Position numbers and translations under genes: made by a program
Shown: piece after piece, positions 13,726 to 24,700 of the stretch
Numbering within the stretch: position 1 is the first letter of the stretch
Layout of the letters: each line of letters starts with the position of its first letter
The notes under the pieces: model-generated
Told to the model about the DNA's origin: nothing
Database searches by the model: none
The model's input: the letters and a program-made list of their open reading frames with translations, nothing else
DNA from: Diadema antillarum
Lineage: Eukaryota
Length of the DNA: 64,000 nt
Assembly (NCBI RefSeq): GCF_040938485.1
Contig: NW_027271657.1
Coordinates: 496,001-560,000 of the forward strand
Direction: 5' to 3'

Positions 13726-14045
13726 CTCCACAAAGACCTTGTACACGTTAGGTTCCTCTTTGAACATTTAGGCCTTCTGAGATATTTTCACTTGTTAAGT
13801 TGGCCACTTCTTGTTTTACGTTTCAGAGCCAACGCTGGTTTGGGCTCTTCTGTAAACGATACCTACTTTAATCCAAGGGTACCTGAGAAAAGTTTGAGGA
13901 TACCAACGCATTGAATTGCAGGTATTGGAGGTCTTGCAGACGTTCAGTTTTTCATCGGAGTTACTCATGAGACAGTTATTAAGGATGTTCGAATGCATAT
14001 TGGAAATGATCTCTGGAAGTACTACGCATACTAGCTTCTTTCTAC

Positions 14046-14051
14046 TTTATT
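14046..14051 (-). terminator. Candidate poly(A) signal of FUT-B
   Basis: AATAAA on the minus strand 35 nt after the stop. Usage unproven. Confidence 0.35.
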
Positions 14052-14085
14052 AGCATGTTTCCTTCAAATACAGGCCCATTTACAT

Positions 14086-15423
14086 CTACTTCCAGGGTTT
14101 CCATTCGCTCAGCCGTTGGATTTCAGTAAAATTGTGTCTTTTGTAGATCTTGATATCGTGCCTGCAAGAGTTAAACCACTCCGAGTCCTTCAGCTGCGTT
14201 CTGTGATTTGGAACAGAGTCCAAGTAAGGTAACACGTCACAAAAGTAATGCGTCTGCAGCTTGGGGTATTTTTGGAAGACTGTTCCATCTTCCCGCCATC
14301 GGAAGTAGCTGTTGTACAGCTTGGCGTCGCCTGCCACGCGCAGGATGTATCGAGCCAGCTCCTCTACCGAGGAAAAGTCACTAACATGAATGTACGAGTT
14401 TGGTGGAGCATACTTCTCATAGTCAGCCTTTCGTGGACCGTACACGATAGGGATGACATCGTTTTCGAGAGCCGACGCCCAGATCTTTTCTGTCAAGTAA
14501 TCGTCACATTCTGAGTTCTCGATTGAGAGGTAAAACTTGTACTTTCTCAACATTTTAATACACTTTTCAGATAGGCGCGGGAGGCAGGTGAGGTTTCCGC
14601 AACGACCATACGTGTCGACAGTTATAAATCGTTGAAGCTCGGTTATGAACTCATTTCGAGGCCAAAAAACCTCTTTGCAATTGCTGGCCATCCACGCAAC
14701 AAGCTCTGTTTTTCCTTCCAGCCAGTTCCTATTCACCATGCTAGTATTTTTGTGTTCGTATGGTTGGAAATACGCGTATGGGATGCTGATGTTGGAATAT
14801 GAACCGTAAGTCATGTCTATATGATACTTCATGATACCAAGTCGGGAGTTCCATTTATGCATACGTAGCGCGTTCTCCATGCTGTAAAATACCACCAGCT
14901 GGTCGTTTGGTGGTGTGTAGCCAAGAACCTTTTGAAAAGAATGAACCATGGTGAAAGGAGACAGACCAAACAAGATTCCATCCATGGTCCTAGCTTCCTG
15001 CAAGTCTGTTCCAAGGTTTATCTCTAATTGCTGATCATGGTTAGGACAGCGCACCATACAGGGCTTGGTATCTGGCTCGCCTTCTTTCACCCGTACGCAC
15101 AAAACCAAGTCCTGGAGTTCGTGCCAAGTCAATATTGCTCTCATTTCGCAGTAAATGTATAAACGACGCTTAACATTTTTAGGCAGATGAGATTTTCGAG
15201 ACACTTTGCTTGATTGGCGTTTTCCAAGATGTGTTCTCGTTTCATCGCCGTTTTGTGTATCACGTAACTCTGGCTCCTGGTTAGTTCGAACGTTGTCTCT
15301 GCTGGCGCCATTTTTGTGATGCCCCGTGCCCGGTACTGCGATGTAAGTAAAGGTCAAGAAGCTACAGATGCAGACAAGAATTATAGCTGTGGCCTTGAGA
15401 TGGAGGAGACTCACTCGCCGGCA
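14086..15423 (-). CDS. FUT-B main exon: GT10 alpha-1,3/4-fucosyltransferase, type II Golgi membrane protein, intact
   Basis: Acceptor TGATTTCTGCAG|TGCCGGCGA (CRRVSLL), then TM, stem and catalytic domain with YSMEN, AWMASNC, WPR, VDTYGRCG, YKFYLSIENSECDDYLTEK, PIVYGP, YIHVSDF. TAG at 14086-14088. The track's start at 15414 is GTG, not the true start. Confidence 0.95.
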   Translation of the reverse strand, partial: CRRVSLLHLKATAIILVCICSFLTFTYIAVPGTGHHKNGASRDNVRTNQEPELRDTQNGDETRTHLGKRQSSKVSRKSHLPKNVKRRLYIYCEMRAILTWHELQDLVLCVRVKEGEPDTKPCMVRCPNHDQQLEINLGTDLQEARTMDGILFGLSPFTMVHSFQKVLGYTPPNDQLVVFYSMENALRMHKWNSRLGIMKYHIDMTYGSYSNISIPYAYFQPYEHKNTSMVNRNWLEGKTELVAWMASNCKEVFWPRNEFITELQRFITVDTYGRCGNLTCLPRLSEKCIKMLRKYKFYLSIENSECDDYLTEKIWASALENDVIPIVYGPRKADYEKYAPPNSYIHVSDFSSVEELARYILRVAGDAKLYNSYFRWREDGTVFQKYPKLQTHYFCDVLPYLDSVPNHRTQLKDSEWFNSCRHDIKIYKRHNFTEIQRLSEWKPWK

Positions 15424-16101
15424 CTGCAGAAATCAGAACAATGACAATCATAATCTAACGATTACATATCATCAACAAAATGTTTGTTTGCTGATTCTGA
15501 ACTGATAATCAAAAAGAATCATGCTAAATATGAAAAGAAAGGAAAGATATATACGTCTATGTATACTTCTACGTTTCGGTATGTTTTTCGTATTGAATAT
15601 AATAAATGTAATGTTTGATTACGTTATGTTGTCTTAAAACGTAAAATATTACATGTTATCTTTATATTTTGACACTTATGTCACCTTTATGTCATTTTAT
15701 AGTATGTTGTCGATGGTAGGCCCTACTTTGTTTTGTCTTAATAAATGTACCACAGTATGTCGGTGTATGCTCAAACAGGACCCTCGAAAAACAATCAATT
15801 AAACATGAAACGGCTCTGCAAGCCTTGCCATATTGAAGGTGTTCTGGATAAAAATCGAAAATCGAAATAAAGACAATTAACGATCGAATAAAAAGACTTA
15901 AATTATCTTGTAAATTATTGAAAAGCATGTTTGAAAATTTTAGTTTCAATATACATCATGTAGTTCTGAAAGTTTTTATTCATATGTCCGATACTCAACC
16001 ACCAACAGTAATATTATTTGACATTCACATGACTTGATCATGATTATGAATGCTTGGGTTCTTGTCCGCAAAATGTAAAAAATGTTTAAAAAAAGGTTTA
16101 C

Positions 16102-16164
16102 CAGTAATCTTTTACACGTTCTGCTGGCTCCCATCGTGTCTGGCTGTCTAGACTCTCCGTTCAT
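16102..16164 (-). CDS. FUT-B first coding exon (MNGESRQPDT-MGASRTCKRLL), within exon 16102-16216
   Basis: Acceptor TTTTGGTTTTCAG at 16217 and donor TTACTG|GTAAAC at 16101. In-frame ATGs at 16164 and 16134 (the latter in strong ACGATGG context). Phase 0 joins the main exon, giving 466 or 456 aa. Confidence 0.75.
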
Positions 16165-16998
16165 CAGGTCACGTTAGGAATACAGGAACGGTCTCCCGTC
16201 AGAATAACGTCAATATCTGAAAACCAAAATAACAAAAGATCAGGATATTTCAAATGAAAACAAAACATATTGATTCTATATCCAAAATAATCAATGAGTA
16301 AGATAAAAACACAACAAATTATATTGCTCAAATCCCCTGTTATTTTCATGGACTCTTGTCGGAGAAGATGACTGCATGAGTGAAGATCCTCGGAAGAGTT
16401 TTCATTTAGTGCTGTATATGCCGTCAAAGCATTTTCACTTCAAGCAATACTTTAAGATAGTAACTGTCACTGAGTCTGTGGAACCGTACTTGAGAGTAGA
16501 TTATGCCACGGTTAGTGTTTATTGATTCAAACTTAGACATCAACTACAGTGGCTGGAAGGAACGTTCTTCAATACGTCTGTATCTCAATTTTATATTTTG
16601 GCTATTTATTTTCCCACCACAGTGCATTTCATTATCGCCTTGATAATTCGTAAAGGATACAAATAATCAAATCTTCCATTATGGTACCCACAACAAAACG
16701 ACAGGTCATTACACTGCATAATATCACATTGCATTACATCTTGAGTAACCATACTCTCCTTTAGAAACCTTTAATCGTGGAACTTAATGTTTGCATGGGT
16801 GAAGTGTATACATAATAGACCGGTGAATACATACGCCGTTAATCATCCGATTCACAGGTCGTATTGCGATCATGCTAAGAAATACACATGTTCTATTTGA
16901 AGGGTTCCCTTCATACCCCGACACGATTATGAATACCTCGGTCTACGGATCTGAGAAAAAGCAGTATGCATCCGTACTAGGTCTGATATACTACTCAC

Positions 16999-17037
16999 GG
17001 CGCCCTGCATCTTGAAACGCCTCGCCTTCTTCCGCAT
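16999..17037 (-). CDS. Possible alternative FUT-B first exon (MRKKARRFKMQGA)
   Basis: ATG at 17037 (A at -3), 13 codons, then the consensus donor GCC|GTGAGT, phase 0. Basic peptide typical of Golgi cytoplasmic tails. No transcript evidence. Confidence 0.35.
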
Positions 17038-19129
17038 TTTACACTTCAGGGAGCAATCTGTACAGCAGCGCTAAAGGCCTCGTGTAGAAAACACTTCCAC
17101 TGCCTATAGTGAACAATTCATTGTTGCATAGCAGACATAGGCCTATATGTCGGCCATTCTATAGAAGTCTTACGAATACATGCCCGAACACATGCAGCGC
17201 CTGTTAGCTGTACAGGCATTATTTCTCCGGTTCGTTGAAAGGTGATTTGGGGAAACAAACAAGTGGTACACCAGTATTTGCCCTTTGTTATGCGCTAAGC
17301 CAGAGTAAGGACGGTCTGCTAATTACGTAACGATAGGCTGCTGTCTTCTTGTCACTTGATGATCACGTTTACCAGGCTTCTTGAAGGAGTTGTAAGGCCC
17401 CTTTCTCAACCTGCCTACGGTTGTCATTTATGAATGGGCACACGACTTTTTTTCTCCATTCAATCAAGGGATATCAGCCCTACGGGGAAAAAGCAAACAA
17501 GAGTCAACAATACGCCTTACTTAAAATATCTGGTGAGTTAAGAGATGGGACTCAAGGAAAAGATTGACGGTAGGAAGGCGTCCGTAGAAACAGGTGCCCA
17601 CATTCTTTCATTTTAAAGTTAGAAAGGCTGCGACATGACACGATCTACGTAGCCTATTGGTTGTTCCAAGACTAGTGCGTCCAGTATTTCTAGACATGGG
17701 AAATGAATCAAAGGTAAGATAACAATACTTGGCTTTAAATCTCAGCTTACGTTCACTTCTAGAAGAGCTTATTATGTACTGTCAGTTATTCTTCAACAGC
17801 TCTGTTTGACTGTGATTTTACGCTGGCTATACTTCCCCGGGACTGCTGCAGTGTTTATGTACAGTGTGTAGCTTTGTCTCAGCCTGGATGTGACGGAATA
17901 ATTGATTATTGATTTACTTTGACCTTCCATGTTGTTGTTTTTTAAGTGCAAGAAAAAAAAGAACTCACCTTAGAAGTGAATTAGTTAGAAGTGAACTAGA
18001 CTAAAGCTATTGGTTGCTGTCGAGTATAAAATGTGCGTTTTCGATCACAAACTTGGACATCGTCATACGCACGCTAGCTAGAAGACAACATTGGTTTTCT
18101 AAGAGTAGTCATTATTCGATTAATTATCTTATTTGGGTTCGGGAAAAAGGTCTGTAAAGCTTAGAACAAGCACTACTAGCATTACATGTTTTCAACATAA
18201 TAAGTGTTATCTAAAGTGCTATTCTTTAAAGTGACGACAACGGTCACTCTTTGTAGAGACAAAGGAATAGGCTTATACTATGAAGTTCAATTCTACGCGA
18301 CATTTGAACTTTCATAGAGTAAATATCAGAAAAAAAAAGATGTAGAAGTTTGATCAAAATCGGGCTGAGGATATGAAAATTAACAAATGTTAAAATTGCA
18401 TGTGTTTTCACCGACAGGCAATGGAATATAGTGATATTGCTTACAAATCAATTCTGCCACTTTGCAAATTTCCTTAGATGATGCCATCACCTTCTATCGC
18501 TCCCGTCGGTTTGTGCAAAATGACATCATAAAATCATGCTTTTGATCAATGATATAACAACCCTTTCCGTCAAAAGTGATGATTTATGCAGCTACACTTG
18601 TAAGATAATACAGCACAGCGGATTATTATTGCTACGTAAACAGATATTCCGATTTACCAAAATAAAATCTCTATCCCAAGGCGCGATGGCGCACGTTATT
18701 TAGATGTTGCTTGATAATTTTCTAAGATATCGAGGATAGAGGGTTTTTACATTCAATAATCCACATAACTACATCGTCCTTACAACGCATTTAAAATAAA
18801 CGTGTAACTATTGCATCCAACGTTTCAATCTAGGCGTAAATAAACAACTGAATGATACGCCCCTCAAAAATCAAAATGATAATAATGATGATAATGATGA
18901 TAATAATAACAACGACGACGGCAACAATAAAGAGTGTCATGACTGAAATAGTATCCCTGCGTGTATTCGTTTCTTGAAAAAATGGATTATCAACCACATG
19001 CTATGAATATAATCACAAACATATAGATGACCAATGCCAGCATCAAAAGTGGTATAAGAATGTCAGTAACATGAGTATTTTGAGTATTTGTTTCCATTAG
19101 GATCGATTACTAGTAATAGGCCCTATCTA

Positions 19130-19700
19130 TCTGTACTTCGTTCTTATCATTCGTATACTCTGGTACACCTGATAAATGGTACAGCATGCATACAGCATGG
19201 TGCTTGATATTTATCCCGCTTCCCACAAACGCATTGGATGGTGAGACCATGGTTTCCAACGTCACAAGTGGCGGGTAAACATTCAGTTGAGAAAAGCTAT
19301 GACACTTGACTCCGATTGCAGGACAATGGAACAGTGATTGTAGAAAAGATAAAGGCCCACATAAAGAAAGTAAGGGGACGAGAGTGGAAGGGCTGGGCAA
19401 GAAAGATATTAGGAAAGATGGGAAAGGGAGTTCAACCAAGAAGACAAACAATGGATGCAATTCAACAAGAATGGCCTGCAAATAGAGACGGCATTATAAT
19501 AGCTGTTGACAGACGGATTTAACAGATATGATGAGACACGATAAAACAAAGAGACTGCCTAGAGGAAGAACGTCTTTAGACTGTGTGGTTATTGTTTCTG
19601 TTTCCCGCTTGCAGCAGAGATTAACTTGTAGAAAAGAGAAGGATAGTACAGTATCGACCGTCTCTGTTATGTCTGTTAGCCAGTGGACAAGGCTGCACAT
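19130..19700 (+). mobile_element. Possible decayed non-LTR retrotransposon fragment
   Basis: Coding-like, purine-rich stretch with broken frames (W/K-rich segment, then R-L-C-G). Resemblance only, no clear domain motif. Confidence 0.25.
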
Positions 19701-20700
19701 TTGAGTTGAGTTGTGAGGTATACAAGTGTGATCGTGACATACAAAGTAGTTCTGGACTCGATCATAAATTATCGCAATCACTAGTTGTCGGCCATAATTA
19801 TGTAGTATTAACTAGGCCAAATTTGAAAGGAACAGTTGACTGCAATGCTCAAATGCATGAATCACATCAATGTTGCAACTATTGCAAGATTTGTGGTTAA
19901 TCGTAATACGATTATTCTAATGTAAAGGGTCATGACGTCATATGCATTGGAATCGATGTGTCAGCACTGAAAATGAATAGTCAGTATAATTATGACATGA
20001 TTGTGCGCAAAGAGGTGAAGTGGGTTTTATATTTGGATCAATCATACATAAAACCCACTACTCATACATTTCATTGTAATGATGCGATAAAAAAAAAATA
20101 AACAGCAACACACAAACAAATCGTGCACATTATTCTAGTAGCATTTTTAAAAATCAAATATCAGATCTATGTGATAATACAGAATAATGAAGAAACGTGA
20201 GTTATTATGAGCTTAGAGAACAATGTGTAAACTCGCTGGGTTTTTTTTTTTTCCTCTGGAGTACCAATATACGATAGATGATTATATGCCATCTGCTCTC
20301 ATCTCCTCAATTTTAGCCCTCACCATTTAAATGCAAGATTCAAACGATCGAACTTTCTGTTGTGCAGTAAAGGAAAACTTAAACCCTTTTAACTGTTCAA
20401 CAGAAGGTTTAAGTCCTTTCTCCCTGGACAAGGGTTAGTGTCAGTCTTCTAGGAAAATGGGTTTAAGTCCAGAAGTGCATTTTATTTTGTGTTGTTTCTT
20501 TGTTTGTTTGTTTTTGCATATTCATTGGGCAATGAAAAATGAGGGTCCATCGGAATTGCCTTATAGCGCTGATATCAACACGTTTTGAGCACTTTCATAA
20601 TAATTTAGCAACACGCTATATCTGCTGTTACAAATAGCCAAGAAAGAGAGTTGTCACGTTGCAAGTATTCGTGGTTTAGCTAGCTGTAGGCCTAAATGAC

Positions 20701-20906
20701 CGTATCCGGGCAATTACCCCCAGAGGGCAATTACCCCCCGACTAAATACTGGTTAGTGGTAAGCTTATAGAGTAAAGACTAAGGTTAGGGTTAGGGTTAG
20801 GGTTAGGAGTATGAGTTAGGGATAGGATTAGGTTCAGGATTAGGATTAGGATTAGGGCCAGGGGAAGGGTGCAGGGTAATTGCCCAGGGGCTAATTGCCC
20901 TAGACC
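20701..20906. mobile_element. Mutator-like MITE with telomere-type (TTAGGG)n core and 10-bp TSD
   Basis: Exact direct repeat CCTAAATGAC at 20691-20700 and 20907-20916. Subterminal GGGCAATTACCCC x2 / GGGTAATTGCCC x2. GGTTAGGGTTAGGGTTAGGGTTAGG plus degenerate GATTAG units inside. Confidence 0.8.
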
Positions 20907-21181
20907 CCTAAATGACATATTTGTTTTTGTGAAAACATTCAAATGACAACGCTTCGTGACGCTCTGTTAAATGCCATTGGAATCCCCGGCTACAGTGCAA
21001 AGAGTAGACTCGTCCTTCTCCGAAACAACCTTGTTCAGCAGAAGGCATGGTCTTTACTTTGCTATACAGTGTGTAATAATGTATCATCACAATCATACTG
21101 ACTTTTGTATATGCAGAGGTGTGGTTTTGAAAATCAGTGGGCCTCCATTGACCGGACCTGTATTATCACTGTATAACTTTC

Positions 21182-21546
21182 TTAAAGGGGAAGGCTAGTA
21201 ACTGATCAGTGGGAATCAGTGGAAATGCTGGGAGATGATTGTTCCAATCCTTATGGGATTCATTCAAGAGTTCATTGTATATCTATTGTTGTGTGAAAAT
21301 GATTTGCTTCAGAATGGTCTCATATTCAAGTAATGTGCAGTTTAGTGCTTCCAGGTTAGCGTCCCTGGTCAGTGACGGAGCATTAATCTGCACATTACTT
21401 GAATATGAGACCGTTCTGAAGCAAATCATTTTCACACAACAATAGATATACAATGAACTCTTGAATGAATCCCATAAGGATTGGAACAATTATCTCCCAG
21501 CATTTCCACTGATTCCCACTGATCAGTTACTAGCCTTCCCCTTTAA
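21182..21546. mobile_element. Near-perfect palindromic Kolobok-type MITE (365 bp)
   Basis: TTAAAGGGGAAGGCTAG...CTAGCCTTCCCCTTTAA. ~159-bp arms with only 2 mismatches seen. Explains the twin ORFs 21239+ and 21283-. Confidence 0.95.
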
Positions 21547-22199
21547 GGCAAGATATGAAGTTTTATTTGATTATTATAGGTTGCCACTGCAGTAATGGGA
21601 TTGATAGCTATGTCGCTATGTGTACTGCTTGTAGAATATCGTTTTCAATGTGACTTATCATGGAGACGTTTTATAACTATTATGGCAATCATTTTCGTCT
21701 TGCCTCTTTAAAGAAGGTTTGAAGTAACAGACTGATCCATAACATGTCGACGCAATCTGGAATAATGGACATTATACAAGACTGACAAAACAGAAATAGA
21801 TCAAGGAATTAAAAAAAAGATGCGTTTCCGTAAACGGTAGTAAGGTTGCTTGACGAAACCATGGCACAATAATGATATCAATAATTATTGTATGACATAA
21901 TGTCTTACGATATGCAGAGAGTGAGGGAATATCAAAAAGAGGGACGATTTCTTCGACAGAATTCATTACTAGTATTCAATTGTTGACCTTACGAGCTCGC
22001 ATTCAAAACGGCCGAATTATAACTTGGCATTTTACCAATGCCAAATAACTCTTTCCTGAGACTGCTCTTTATACGACACGGTCGTAAAACTCACGTATTG
22101 TGTTGCTCATTTACGCCTTAAAGCAGTCCAGGCACTAACTTCGATCAAGGAGCTTCAAAACAGCTCCTTGCTTCGATGAAACCTACTCAAGAAATGTGA

Positions 22200-22650
22200 A
22201 CAATAAACGAAGGTCAAAACAGATTCTTCATACTCACAATAGGATAATGGAGTTGTTGATCGCAGAAGGACATCGCATAAAATGGGTGTCTTAATAGCTT
22301 CAGGTTGAGGAAAGAGTTTAGGAAGACTCGATCATAAACGCAGCACACTATAAGACGGTTATCCCCACTTCTTTCTAGGTGTGGAATAGGTATGTGCGCT
22401 AGCAGCCGTGCATGAATTTGCCCAACCTCTCGATCCAAGCAACCACTTCTACGAACTGAAATGTCGACTTTGGTCAACAAGTTATGTTTGCCCAAAGGCA
22501 GGTTGGGTTTCATAGGGGCCAACAGACCGACAGGTTATCCAGTACAGGTATCATTATTTCTTCATGCCTTGGTTCACAGCGGCAATATTAAGAAGGTTGT
22601 ATACCTGTCGATGGGGCATCGATGTTACGAATGCTTTCTACTTTCTGCGT
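22200..22650 (-). mobile_element. Decayed LINE (L2/CR1-like) apurinic endonuclease fragment
   Basis: Across frames, ordered relics SIRNID, NIAAV, HNLLTK..RRSG, EV..I.AR, LIVCCVY match the order of APE motifs (RSL.NK, DI..ITETW, Y..F.K.R...GGGV, E.LW, I.V..VY). Heavily degenerate. Confidence 0.4.
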
Positions 22651-24617
22651 GGTCGTTCATCAAATCATTAACATGAATAAATGAATCACGATAACTGATG
22701 CATTTTCTGTAACAAATGCGAGACACTGATTAAGAAGTTCATAATAATTTCCTGAGTGTCTCATGCGGATGACTGTGTACACGTTATGTGGCTGCATATT
22801 AGGTGGTATCAATTCACACACACACACACACATAACTGAATGTTCGATCATCATGATCATATTGCATGAAGGAGTTTCTTCTTTCCCCCGATCTCCATAA
22901 TTGACCAGTTTAGTGTTATGCACTTGTTGTGGCGTATCTCTGAACCTTTGGACGTTAATCGTAATGTCAATGTGGCCACAATGTTTCACAGAGAAATCAA
23001 ACTTTGATCCCATCTTATTTGCATGCCACTCTCTTGACGAGCAATTACGTTAATTGCATTACAAATACATTTAGCTCAGTCCTTATTTTCGTGTGGGTTT
23101 TGACCCAAATTTGCAGCGCAACCATGAAGTGTGACTTCAGAGTGGAAAATGTGTGATTGGAATTATAGCCTGCATTGAAGATCTGTGAAAAAGATCTGCA
23201 AAATTTAAAAGGAACCACAAAACAAATTACAGCAATGTATCTTTTATCGTGTAGGGATCATCAGGTAAACATCAAATCAGAATGCATCTTAGTAAAGAAA
23301 CACTGTATACGCCATGTTCTTATATTGCTGTCTTAAAGGCCTACGGTGGCATTCAATATAATTAATGTTTCCAAATTACAACTAACTAAACATTGTAGTA
23401 TAATTCATACTTACACGTATGTGTATGTTTGTTAGTGTATGTATACGTTTGCGTTTGAGTGCGTGTGTTTAATATACGTGATTTTCAATACGATTTGTCC
23501 ATATAGCGAGCCTGGTGTGCATGATTTGATACCGATAATGGACAAAACCTGCAATTGTATCTGAATTATTTGATGAAAAATATTGATGGCATTAATGCTT
23601 CTAACTTTTATTTTATGACGTCTATGATCACAGATCCTGATGTTGGTAGACACTCAAAATGTTCCCAATGAAAAGCCGCGAACCGATTTCGGGGATTCCT
23701 GACATCCTGACCAAGTCTAATTTATCACCTGCATCATGATGACAAGCGCCACCAAGAGTGCGAGATGGGAATCTTTTCTGGAGGCGCTCAGACGGGCAAT
23801 GCAGCTATTGGTCAGTTGTGTGACGGTAAACATCCATCTGTCTCCTTTTAACTCAATCCGGAAAGTGGGAGACTCAGGGAGAGAGCGACCAACTTTCCTA
23901 TTTCACTTCTAACACGTCTACATCTACTTAAGAGAAAAAATGTCTAATGAGTTAATCAAACCATTATGTTTGGGTATATATAAAGCAAGGCAATATATTG
24001 ATAGGAGCAATGGTGACTGTGAAAGAGGCATAAAGAGATATATTTTGCTTTACTATATACAGTGTAATACTGGAACTAACCAGAGAGATGGGAAGATCTC
24101 TTCCCACCTCTCTGAACTAACACACGTGAACGCTTTCCATGTCATTCCTAAAATCATCCTACGATACATCAAGTATACGAATTTAACAATCCGTGTTCAG
24201 ATAAGACACTAGTTTTCAAAACAGATCGAATATGATACTCTTTCAGAGAGAGGTATAGTTCAATTTCCCTTTTGATTTAAAACAACAACAACAAACAAAC
24301 AAACAAACAAACTAACTCCCTGCCTCACTCCAAAGGCTGTTATCATGCTAATCTGCAGAGACATTCAGCTCCGTCTCTTGTCTGTGACGTCACTAACACT
24401 TGCATTTCCTAATTTTGTGTGCTTATGGTAACATTACTTTTACCTTAATGAAAACACGAAGATATCATTAAAATCATTGAACTATCACCTTGTATTTTCT
24501 GAGAAAATAAATAAACAAACAAACAAACAAACAAGAAGTTGACTGATTGCCGCTATATTGCTATAGTTTGACTTTTTATTAAACACAACGAATAATGATT
24601 TCTGCGTAAGTTACGCC

Positions 24618-24659
24618 ATGGTCATGTTGTCAGCTATTCAATGTCATTACAGAATGGTG
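24618..24659 (+). CDS. FUT-C first coding exon (MVMLSAIQCHYRMV)
   Basis: Kozak GCCATGG at 24615-24621, 14 open codons, donor GTG|GTAAGC at 24660, phase 0, matching the phase-0 acceptor at 26489. C..R-hydrophobic-hydrophobic ending parallels the FUT-A/B tails. Inferred, no transcript. Confidence 0.6.
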
Positions 24660-24700
24660 GTAAGCTAAATTACTTATTGGTAAATAATATGTCGTAAATG

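Noticed and set aside
21239-21489. Two near-identical 68-aa ORFs on opposite strands (toxin/antisense-like pair)
   Set aside because: A direct consequence of the palindromic MITE; non-ATG starts.
23690-23935. GC-richer block with GCGCCACCAAGAG (CTCF-like) and CCAAT motifs
   Set aside because: Only a partial motif match and probably an unclassified repeat fragment; no termini or second copy in the window to support a call.
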